Of a stretch of 35,610 bases of DNA, positions 18,970 through 27,667 are shown one piece after another. Numbering within the stretch: position 1 is the first letter of the stretch; each line of letters opens with the position of its first letter. The stretch spans positions 1 through 35,610 of the forward strand of contig JAEOUE010000227.1 in assembly GCA_016839515.1 (NCBI GenBank), given 5' to 3'. The position numbers and the translations under genes were made by a program. The notes under the pieces were generated by a model. The model worked only from the letters and a program-made list of their open reading frames with translations. It did not search any database and was not told the origin of the DNA. Origin of the DNA: Candidatus Hodarchaeum mangrovi. GTDB lineage: Archaea; Asgardarchaeota; Heimdallarchaeia; Hodarchaeales; Hodarchaeaceae.

Positions 18970-19542
18970 TTACTTTGCTAGGAGCCCCAATACTCTTCCT
19001 AGAAGTACTGTTAATAACCCGAGTGAAAGTACAATTATTACCATTAAGATAGTGACAACACGAGTACGGGGGCGATTTTCCAAATATATTTTATAAAAAA
19101 ATGGGATTAAAAATATTAACAAACATAATGCAATTAAAAAGGCAAATAAAATATGAAAAAGAAGTGTAATGAAGTTTATTGAACCTAAACTAGTCTCTTG
19201 TATTAATAAAGGTGAATTGATAAAGAATAAACCAAGGAATGACAAAACAGCTGTAGAGAAACTAAAGAGAAAGATAAAATATCGATACTGTGCTACTTCT
19301 GACTGAAGAATCGTAAATCGGCCAGACCCCCAACGCTCTCTTACTAAAAATAAGAAAAGTCCAAGAAATAAAAGTCCAAAAAAACCCATAATGGGATGAT
19401 AGAAGAGATTAAGCGTATAATTCATTTCTAGTTCTATTTTCTTAATCCAATCTATCACACACGCCAAACTGAGAGCTAATGAACCAAAAGCTCCAATTAA
19501 TAAGACAATTATTGTTGATCGACGAGGAGTAGGCATTGTCAT
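18970..19542 (-). CDS. Hypothetical multi-pass membrane protein
   Basis: About 5 hydrophobic helices; 7 bp from the DUF1684 start, likely co-transcribed. Confidence 0.7.
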   Translation of the reverse strand: MTMPTPRRSTIIVLLIGAFGSLALSLACVIDWIKKIELEMNYTLNLFYHPIMGFFGLLFLGLFLFLVRERWGSGRFTILQSEVAQYRYFIFLFSFSTAVLSFLGLFFINSPLLIQETSLGSINFITLLFHILFAFLIALCLLIFLIPFFYKIYLENRPRTRVVTILMVIIVLSLGLLTVLLGRVLGLLAK

Positions 19543-19789
19543 CTGAAAATTCTTCCAAAGTCCCTTTAATCAATGGGTTTTTCCTTTTCTGATCACATAG
19601 GTTCTTCTTCCTATGGGTTAGAGAATACCTATATAATAATCTCGCTGGTATTCTTAGAGTTAAAAAATCAAAAGAAAAATAAAAATTCTAACCAATGACA
19701 ATCTTTCAATAGTTTTCAGGCATTTAACGAAACAAATTGGTAAAAAAATAACGAAGATTACGGTATAATCATTCCAGAGGACATTATAA

Positions 19790-20902
19790 ATGCAACCAAG
19801 AAATCGAGTGCTAAATGCAGTTGAACACAAAGAAATTGATCGTTTTCCACGGGATCTAGGAGGTTTAGTTTCAGGAATTCCAAAGATTGCTTATGTAAAA
19901 TTATTAAAGATTCTAAATCTTCCTGTAACAGACATTCAAATTTCCGATACCATTCAGCAATTAGCACAGATTGAGGAATCTATTTTAAAGAAATTCAAGA
20001 TTGATACACGACATGTACGAGCAAAGGGCCAGAAATCAAAAATAATAGATACAGATACCTTCATCGATCCATATGGGGTTAAATATCAGAAAATTGGAAT
20101 AATGGAATACCCCATACTTTATTATGAAAGTGTTTCTTTTCCATTAGCAAAAGCATCATTGCAGGATCTTCATAATTATCGATGGCCAAAACCCACTGAA
20201 GAATGGTTTAGTGGGTGTGAAAGAGAAGCAAAAAATCATAAAAAAGAAACAGAATATGCAATTGTAGCAGATCCTTTATCAGGAGGGATTCAAGAGCAAG
20301 CAACATGGCTTCGAGGAAATGAGCAATTTCTTCATGATCTTTACAACAATAGAGACTTTATTGAAGAATTACTTGATCTTGCTTTGGTAAACCAGCAGGA
20401 AATCGTCGAAATGTATCTGGATAATTTGGGAGAATATGTAGATATTCTTATTTACGGGGATGATTATGGAAATCAAGATCGATTGATGATGCATCCAAAT
20501 ATGTGGCGGAATTTGATAAAACCTAGGGTAAAGATACTAATTGAGACAATTAAAAAAATTAATAAAGGTGTTAAAATCCAGTTACACTCCTGCGGGATGA
20601 TTCATACGATAATCCCTGACTTAATTGAACTCGGATTTGATATTCTCAATCCAATGCAACCTTGTATGAATCATAGCCTTCTAAAAGAGAATTATGGGGA
20701 GAAAATATGTTTTCATGGAGGAGTAGATATTCAATATACCTTACCATATGGAACTTTTCAAGAAATAACAAATGAAATTAAACGAGTCACCAATGAGTTA
20801 GGAAGTGACTCTACAGGCTATATTTTTGCCATGGCACATAATATCTTAGCTGATGTTCCCCCGGAAAATATTCTGACAGCCTATAACTCATTAGATAGAT
20901 GA
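19790..20902 (+). CDS. Uroporphyrinogen decarboxylase (URO-D)/methyltransferase superfamily protein
   Basis: PRNRVLNAVEHKEIDRFP, WLRG, GDDYG.Q, HSCG, LNPMQ, FHGGVDIQ, HNI..DVPPENI. Confidence 0.88.
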   Translation: MQPRNRVLNAVEHKEIDRFPRDLGGLVSGIPKIAYVKLLKILNLPVTDIQISDTIQQLAQIEESILKKFKIDTRHVRAKGQKSKIIDTDTFIDPYGVKYQKIGIMEYPILYYESVSFPLAKASLQDLHNYRWPKPTEEWFSGCEREAKNHKKETEYAIVADPLSGGIQEQATWLRGNEQFLHDLYNNRDFIEELLDLALVNQQEIVEMYLDNLGEYVDILIYGDDYGNQDRLMMHPNMWRNLIKPRVKILIETIKKINKGVKIQLHSCGMIHTIIPDLIELGFDILNPMQPCMNHSLLKENYGEKICFHGGVDIQYTLPYGTFQEITNEIKRVTNELGSDSTGYIFAMAHNILADVPPENILTAYNSLDR

Positions 20903-21031
20903 TTCTCATTCCTTCTATTTTAAAATTTTATTACTTTCCCAATTCTATCACTAATGTCATGAATTGAACTTTTTTTTAATTGATAAGCCATGAAATATCA
21001 TGATCTGGATGATAATTAGTAATAAGAACCC

Positions 21032-21835
21032 TTAGAATAATATCCATCGAAGAAAAATTAGTATAGTAGAAGTTCCAATTGCTAGAGTTAAAAAATAATG
21101 AAGTGCTTCCGGATTTTTTAAAGAACGAGAGAAACTAGTCCCAATAAAAGATCCAGAAAAGCCAATTAAAAAGAATAGAATTCCTACCTGAAATTCTAAG
21201 CGTTGAAAAACCAAAAACTGAACAGCAGTAGAAAATGAGGTACATGCAACCATAAAACTTCCCGTACCACTAGCAATTACAGATGATAATCCAAGCTCAT
21301 TCAGCATTGGAACTTTAATTACTCCTCCCCCCATCCCAACAAGAGCAGAAATGATACCAATACTAAAAGAACAAATCATTCCGATAATGAGTCTAGAAAC
21401 TGGAAGATTAGAATTAACACCAAAAGCTCCAATGGATTTATTATCTGCAGTTGCATTTTTTACAGTTTTAGCCCGTAAATAACTGCGATAAGTCAAAATG
21501 AACATAATTATTATAAAAATAGAAAAAATAACTTCTTCAGATGCAACCAAGTGTAACTGAACACCAAGAATAGTACCAAAAACACTAATTGGTTCAAGAA
21601 TTAATCCAAGTCTGTAATTAATAGTATGATTTTTCATATTAACTAATGTAGAAGCCAAGCCAACCCCAAAAATACATGCACTAGCTATAGGGATTGCTTC
21701 GAAAATAGAAAATCCTCCAATAATCATTAAAATGGGAGTATAAAATCCTCCACCACCAATACCCACTGCACCAGCTAAAGCAGCAAAACTAAGAATTAAA
21801 GTAATTACCAAAAGATAAATTAAAATGTCTTCCAT
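21032..21835 (-). CDS. tauE: Sulfite exporter TauE/SafE family, copy 1
   Basis: GAVGIGGGGFYTP and ALVGMGGGVIKVP twin Gly motifs, ASGTGSF; highly hydrophobic. Confidence 0.9.
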   Translation of the reverse strand: MEDILIYLLVITLILSFAALAGAVGIGGGGFYTPILMIIGGFSIFEAIPIASACIFGVGLASTLVNMKNHTINYRLGLILEPISVFGTILGVQLHLVASEEVIFSIFIIIMFILTYRSYLRAKTVKNATADNKSIGAFGVNSNLPVSRLIIGMICSFSIGIISALVGMGGGVIKVPMLNELGLSSVIASGTGSFMVACTSFSTAVQFLVFQRLEFQVGILFFLIGFSGSFIGTSFSRSLKNPEALHYFLTLAIGTSTILIFLRWILF

Positions 21836-22329
21836 TTTATTCCTTCATGAAATTTTTACTGAGAAATATTTTCCAGTTTTTAAGTATTTTCGTGAGAAAT
21901 AATATGCTTCTTAATTCATCAAATTTAATCCTCTTAATATTGAAAAAACCGAAATTAGGGAAATAGTTCAACCTTTATTTGTCTTATGGGAGAGAATTCA
22001 TCAATTAAATCAGTTAAAACAAAATAAAGGAACTTTGATACTTTTTCACGTTGAATCTCAACAATTTTCATTTGAATAAGCATTCAGACGTCGTTTAAAA
22101 TAGAAAAGAGTGATATTTCATCAGAAATTTTATAGCTCCTTAGACAAGATTATTTTTCTCCAACAAATACGATATATTTGGAGTATAATATGAATAAAAC
22201 GAGAAGACTATTGGTAATTACAACTGATAATACTTCAAGATCTAAAATAAACATAATATATTTTCTTAGTAAATTGGATGAATCAATAGCTAAACCCTTA
22301 TTTTCAATTGATACAAATTAAGGAAATCG

Positions 22330-23133
22330 CTATAAAATTATCCATTGAAGAAAAACAAGCACAGTAGAAATTCCAATTGCTAAAGTTAAAAAATAAAGGA
22401 GAGCTTCTGGACGTTTAATTGCACGAGAGAGGCTAGTTCCGATAAAAGACGCAAAAAAACCAATGATAAAGAATAGAATTCCCACCTGTAATTCTAAACG
22501 TTGTAAAACTAAAAATTGAATTGAAGTAGAAAAAGAAGTAAAGGTAACCATAAAACTTCCCGTACCACTAGCAATTACGGAAGACATGCCTAAATCATTC
22601 AGCATCGGAACCTTAATTAATCCTCCACCAATACCAATAAGAGCTGAAATAAAACCAGCGGTGAAAGAACCGATCATTCCAAGAATGAGCTTAGGGAATG
22701 GAAGATTAGAATTATCATTAAAATTTATTCTAGAATTGTTATTTAAAGAGGAGTTTTTAACAGTTCTAGCATGTAGATAACTGTGATAAGTCAAAATACA
22801 CATTATTATTAGAAAAACGGAAAAAATAATTCCCTCAGAAGCAATCAGGTGCAACTGAACACCAAGAATAGTACCAAGAATAGTAATTGGTTCAAGAATT
22901 AATCCAAGTCTGTAATTAATAGTATGATTTTTCATATTAACTAATGTAGAAGCTAAACCAACCCCAAAAATACACACGCTAGCTATAGGGATTGCTTCGA
23001 AAATTGATAGTCCTCCAATGAGCATTAAAATAGGTGTAAAAAATCCTCCACCCCCAATACCCACTGCACCAGCTAGAGCAGCAAAACCAAAAATTGATAT
23101 AGTTACTAAACAAAAAATGAAAAAATTTACCAT
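22330..23133 (-). CDS. tauE: Sulfite exporter TauE/SafE family, copy 2
   Basis: Same motifs and length (267 aa); about 70 differences from copy 1 by hand count (about 74% identity), ungapped. Confidence 0.9.
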   Translation of the reverse strand: MVNFFIFCLVTISIFGFAALAGAVGIGGGGFFTPILMLIGGLSIFEAIPIASVCIFGVGLASTLVNMKNHTINYRLGLILEPITILGTILGVQLHLIASEGIIFSVFLIIMCILTYHSYLHARTVKNSSLNNNSRINFNDNSNLPFPKLILGMIGSFTAGFISALIGIGGGLIKVPMLNDLGMSSVIASGTGSFMVTFTSFSTSIQFLVLQRLELQVGILFFIIGFFASFIGTSLSRAIKRPEALLYFLTLAIGISTVLVFLQWIIL

Positions 23134-23445
23134 TTTATTCCTTCGTAAAACTTATGTTTGGCAAATATTTTCCCATTTTTAAGTACTTTAGGGAGAAATA
23201 AGAATTTAATTACTAATTGTTTTGAAAAAACCTATTTTCGTGTAAATATTTGATTTTCAAGAGAAATTTCAATATCAATTGTTTAAATAAGCATTTAAGC
23301 GTCATTTCAATTGAAAAGGAATGATGATTCATCTGAAATTTTAATATAATGAGTCTTCCCAAATACATTTATTTTTACAATACCTTACACCTCAAAAACA
23401 TTTGTTTTAAGTACGATTTGTATAAGATAAGGAGATTACTGTGAA

Positions 23446-24045
23446 TTGCCACTGGAAGAATATGCTAATATTTTTGAAGCATTAGATAACCAACGGCGAA
23501 GAGAAATTTATGAGTATGTTCTTACAAATTACTTTGTACCAAAAAATGAGTTATCTTTAAAATTTGATCTGAAACGGGCCAGTTTAAACCATCATTTAGA
23601 AATAATGAAAAATGCTGGTTTAATTTTCGAGTTGCCTTTATCTATTAATGGAATAAAACAAACATTTATAACTCATTCAGCACTGATTCACACTGATAAA
23701 CTCCTTGAACCCGTACAAAACCAAAAAAAATTAGCTAAATTTCTACAAGGGTGGAGAAAGAGAAATCTTACACTTGAAACATGGCAGACATTCCGAAACT
23801 CCCTACATAACCTGAATATCTTAGAAAATATCTTCCAATCGATTGAAGAACGAATTTCTCCATCATTAGGATCAGTGGGATCGGCAGAAAAGGAAATTTG
23901 TTTTATCTGTCATACTAACATTGCCAAAATGCCTTGTTTTACCTGTAAAAACCTAATTTGTACAATACATGCCCATGAAATTGATCGTGCTGAGTTGGGT
24001 ACAGTGACTCTTTGCCCCAATTGTGTTAAAAAATTTTTTGGATAA
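23446..24045 (+). CDS. ArsR-like wHTH regulator fused to a C-terminal B-box-like zinc finger
   Basis: IFEALDNQRRREIY...SLNHHLEIMKNAGLI; CFIC-x7-CFTC-x4-CTIH-x13-CPNC; TTG start. Confidence 0.82.
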   Translation: MPLEEYANIFEALDNQRRREIYEYVLTNYFVPKNELSLKFDLKRASLNHHLEIMKNAGLIFELPLSINGIKQTFITHSALIHTDKLLEPVQNQKKLAKFLQGWRKRNLTLETWQTFRNSLHNLNILENIFQSIEERISPSLGSVGSAEKEICFICHTNIAKMPCFTCKNLICTIHAHEIDRAELGTVTLCPNCVKKFFG

Positions 24046-24051
24046 AAAAAA

Positions 24052-26430
24052 TTAGCCGATTAATCGGCTAACAGTCTCTTCTGAGATAGTAGTATGAAAG
24101 AGAGAACGCAACGACAAATAAGTTGCAATAACTATTCCAAGTCCAACAGTGATGACTGGTGCTATTGAATTTAATGGGGAAATCTCTATCACAAAAACAA
24201 CACCAAAATCAGCAGCCCAATTAAAAAGAGCATTAGTGATCCAAAATCCCGTAAAATGGCCAATGAACAAACCAATTATTCCAACAAGCACTAGTTCATA
24301 GAAAACAGTCAAGAATATCTCTTTATTTGAAAATCCAAGTGCTCTAAAATTCACAAAATCATGTTTTCGCTCTGATATTGAAATTGAAACCGTAGTGACT
24401 GTGATTGAAACACCAAGCACTAATGCTGCTCCTGTAGCACCAAAAAGAAACGCACCGATACCTATTTGACCTATTTCTTTGAATGATTTTTCTAAATCAC
24501 TTTTCAAGACCAATTTTGTAATAAGCGGATGATTTTCAAGGACCGCTTTTATAGATGACGAATTTTTGCTTTGGATAAAGATGCCATTTGCTTCAGACGT
24601 ATTTAAGTACAACAATGATCTGGCTGTAGAGATAGATATGTATAACGCTGATCCTGTCATTTCATTAAGGATACTGGCGATTCTAAAAGTATATTCATGT
24701 GCTAATGGATCATATAAATAAAGATCATCCCCTTTTTTGAGATTAAATTTAATGGCTAAGTCTTTTGAAATAATAATTTCTTGGTTGAGAGGAACTCCTC
24801 CCTCATCAAAGTTTCTCATTTTTGTTCCTGGTTGAAGCCCAATTACATTATAGATTTGTGTTAAGTCGTTTTTCAGTCGTATTGGAGCTGAAATAAAAGA
24901 TTCATATTCCTCAAGCTCAATATCCTTAACCAATTGAAAGATTTCAGTCTCATTCTGATATGAACTAAGAAATACCTGAGCATCCCATGTCTGATAATAA
25001 TCAAAGCTTTTTTCCATATTTGAGAGAAAACTAATGCCAGTAGTGGCTCCGAAAAACGATAAAGAAGTCGCCAATACAAGACCTAAAATAATGAAGGAGG
25101 CTTTTCGCTTTTCTTGAAAAATAGATCTGAGTGAAAATTTAGAAAGAGGTGAAAGGGTTTTATTAACTTTCAGGATTAATAATTCGACAATTGATTTATG
25201 ACCAGAACGTAAAGATGCAAGTGGTCGAAATGCTTCAATAGGCGAAAGATTAATTAGCCTTCGTGAAGCAAGAAAAGCCCCCAAGATTATAAAAATTAAA
25301 ACAAAAACGATATAACCTATTACAGGGATTATTAAATACCCTGTTGCGACCCCAGAAGATGTAGGAAGTCTCTTTATTCCTGCCATTTCAATATACATAC
25401 CTCCAAGAGAACTCCCCAGAATGAACCCAAGAAAACCTCCAAGAACAGCACCGATACCTCCAATTATTAACGAATAGAAAAATGCCCCTGATATAACTTC
25501 ATTATTAGTAAAACCAAGTGATTTGAACAGAGCTAGGACACTCAATTCTTCCTCAATTACTCGTTTAAGAACAATCAATATCATTATTGCAGCAACCCCA
25601 CTGAATAAACAAATAAAAATTATGGCCATTCCAGAAAATGTCGGTGCGATAGCACTTAAGAAACTATCCCTTCCATTAATCTGTAACACAGAATCAACAC
25701 CAATCTGTGTTAAAATATTCTCAAGTAAGCGGTTCTTCTGTGTAGGATCAGGGAGATAAAACGCTGCTTGGTTTATATGTTGACTGCTATTTAGGTGACT
25801 AGTTAAATCACTCCTTCTCATCCAAATTACTGGCCCATCCCATCCACCATAAAATTCAGTAACCAATCCTGGTTCCATTAAGAACTCAGGAGACTCAACA
25901 TAAGCGACTATTGTGGTATTTAACAACCCTATAGAGGTAATAATTGATAAATTACTCCCAAGTTCCCAATTCTGCTTTTGAGCGGTAATTTGATCAACAA
26001 CTACTTGATTTGGAACTGCTGAATCATACAATCGGGTAATATAATTTGAATGATAATATAAATTATCCACCAGTAATTCTTGGTTCCGAATACCATAAAA
26101 TTGAACTGTAACAGGACTCTCTGACATATCAGAAAATGCTTGTGTCTCCAAAAATGATCTCAGTTCATATTGAGCCTCGATCCCTGTTTCTGATAATGTA
26201 GTAGTGATGATACTTTCCAGATAAGATGAATTTGATGGTTTGACTGTTAATAAAAGATGATGGTAGTGTAAACCATTCCATGAACTTTCTTCAATCTCCA
26301 TCCAATTTAGATAAAGGGATGAATAAAGGATACATATTACTCCACCAATAATAATGATTAAGAGAATTGGGAGAGAACGTAATTTTCTGTTACGAATATC
26401 TCTGAGGGATTTTAGGAAAAATAAATTCAT
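24052..26430 (-). CDS. FtsX/MacB-like ABC transporter permease (duplicated architecture)
   Basis: Two halves ending in LFKSLGF and NFRALGF FtsX-type segments; ATG at 26430 follows a strong GAGGAGGTG site (ORF track start 26460). Confidence 0.9.
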   Translation of the reverse strand: MNLFFLKSLRDIRNRKLRSLPILLIIIIGGVICILYSSLYLNWMEIEESSWNGLHYHHLLLTVKPSNSSYLESIITTTLSETGIEAQYELRSFLETQAFSDMSESPVTVQFYGIRNQELLVDNLYYHSNYITRLYDSAVPNQVVVDQITAQKQNWELGSNLSIITSIGLLNTTIVAYVESPEFLMEPGLVTEFYGGWDGPVIWMRRSDLTSHLNSSQHINQAAFYLPDPTQKNRLLENILTQIGVDSVLQINGRDSFLSAIAPTFSGMAIIFICLFSGVAAIMILIVLKRVIEEELSVLALFKSLGFTNNEVISGAFFYSLIIGGIGAVLGGFLGFILGSSLGGMYIEMAGIKRLPTSSGVATGYLIIPVIGYIVFVLIFIILGAFLASRRLINLSPIEAFRPLASLRSGHKSIVELLILKVNKTLSPLSKFSLRSIFQEKRKASFIILGLVLATSLSFFGATTGISFLSNMEKSFDYYQTWDAQVFLSSYQNETEIFQLVKDIELEEYESFISAPIRLKNDLTQIYNVIGLQPGTKMRNFDEGGVPLNQEIIISKDLAIKFNLKKGDDLYLYDPLAHEYTFRIASILNEMTGSALYISISTARSLLYLNTSEANGIFIQSKNSSSIKAVLENHPLITKLVLKSDLEKSFKEIGQIGIGAFLFGATGAALVLGVSITVTTVSISISERKHDFVNFRALGFSNKEIFLTVFYELVLVGIIGLFIGHFTGFWITNALFNWAADFGVVFVIEISPLNSIAPVITVGLGIVIATYLSLRSLFHTTISEETVSRLIG

Positions 26431-26446
26431 AGGATTTCGCACCTCC

Positions 26447-27187
26447 TCAGATCTCATCAATTACTGGTGGCGTGGTTAGTTGTGTCCAAAATTCCTTTTC
26501 TTTCAATGGGTCATAACTAGAAGTACCAAATAGCTGGCCATCACGTAGATAAATAGTCCGATCTGCAAGATAAGAAATACCCACATTATGTGTTACAAAA
26601 ACAATAATCATATCAAAATCTTGGTTAATCTTCTGAAACAGCCTCAAAATCTTCCCAGTAGTAATACTATCAATAGATCCTGTTGGCTCATCAGCAAGAA
26701 GAATTTTAGGATTCTTTGCTAGTGCACGAGCAATTGACACGCGTTGTTGTTCTCCACCAGACAATTGACCTGGAAATTTCATCATTTGATCTTGAAGACC
26801 GACTTCTGTGAGGAGCAATTTGACTTTCTGACGGGCCTCCTTTATAGGATTTGTAAGACGAGCAGTAAGCTCAACATTTTCAAATGCGGTTAAACTAGGA
26901 ACTAGGTTATAGAACTGGAAAATAAATCCAACATTCAACCGTCTAAATTGGGTTAATTCTTTTTCTTTCAAACCTGTTAGATCAACTCCATCGAAAATCA
27001 GTTTCCCTGAGGTAGGTCTATCAATACCCCCCAGAATATTCAGAAGGGTTGTTTTCCCAGAACCAGAGGGACCCAAGACTGCAATGAACTCTCCTTGTGC
27101 AAGTTCAAGAGTAACTCCCTTTAATGCAGGGACTTTCAACTCACCCATACTATATTCTTTCGTTAATTCAGTGATATTGTAAGACAT
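26447..27187 (-). CDS. ABC transporter ATP-binding protein (LolD/MacB-like)
   Basis: GPSGSGKTT, GFIFQFYNL, LSGGEQQRV, LLADEPTG, VTHN. Confidence 0.95.
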   Translation of the reverse strand: MSYNITELTKEYSMGELKVPALKGVTLELAQGEFIAVLGPSGSGKTTLLNILGGIDRPTSGKLIFDGVDLTGLKEKELTQFRRLNVGFIFQFYNLVPSLTAFENVELTARLTNPIKEARQKVKLLLTEVGLQDQMMKFPGQLSGGEQQRVSIARALAKNPKILLADEPTGSIDSITTGKILRLFQKINQDFDMIIVFVTHNVGISYLADRTIYLRDGQLFGTSSYDPLKEKEFWTQLTTPPVIDEI

Positions 27188-27667
27188 GTGTGATCACCAT
27201 CAAGACATGTGATCAAAATTTGAGATAAATGGATAAGGTAAAAAGGAATTTTTTACCTATAATAATTTTGGTTTATATATTATTATAATCTGGATATTCA
27301 TAAAATCCATATTTATAGTCATGGATAGTGCTGAAAGGAAAATGGAGTAATATTATATAGAGTTAACTAAAAATTGATCTGTTTATCCGAAACCTAATAA
27401 TTTTTTTGATTTTAATCTCAAAACATGAAATTTTAGGTTTTAAAAACTGATAAATAATATTGATTTAATTAGAATACTTTGAGGTAAAATTAATTAAATG
27501 AAAGAATGTTAGAAAAATCAAAAAAAGATCGGAAGTTATGTCTAGTCGTATAAAAACAAAAATTTCAATGATCTTTTTAAACATTTTCTGAAAAAATCCT
27601 TAAAATTCCCAAGAAATCTGCAATAATAGATTAAAATAGCACCATATTATATGAATATAAACGAAAT

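Larger units (their letters stand above)
21032..23345. repeat. Diverged tandem duplication of tauE plus upstream DNA (coding offset 1298 bp)
   Basis: Colinear CDSs; similar 5' flanks (21836-21900 vs 23134-23200) and a distal block (about 22071-22132 vs 23282-23343). Confidence 0.85.

Noticed and set aside
19790-20902. True hemE or a methanogenic MtaA assignment
   Set aside because: No RQAGR motif of HemE and no corrinoid-protein neighbours; left at superfamily level
27188-27208. Selenoprotein N-terminal extension (M-S-U-W-U-S-H) on the ABC ATPase
   Set aside because: The second TGA is part of the GGTGAT ribosome-binding site and the segment is explained by a local duplication; no SECIS seen
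27216-27667. Very AT-rich 450-bp gap as a replication origin or hidden gene
   Set aside because: No ORB-like repeats, no cdc6/orc1 nearby and no convincing ORF
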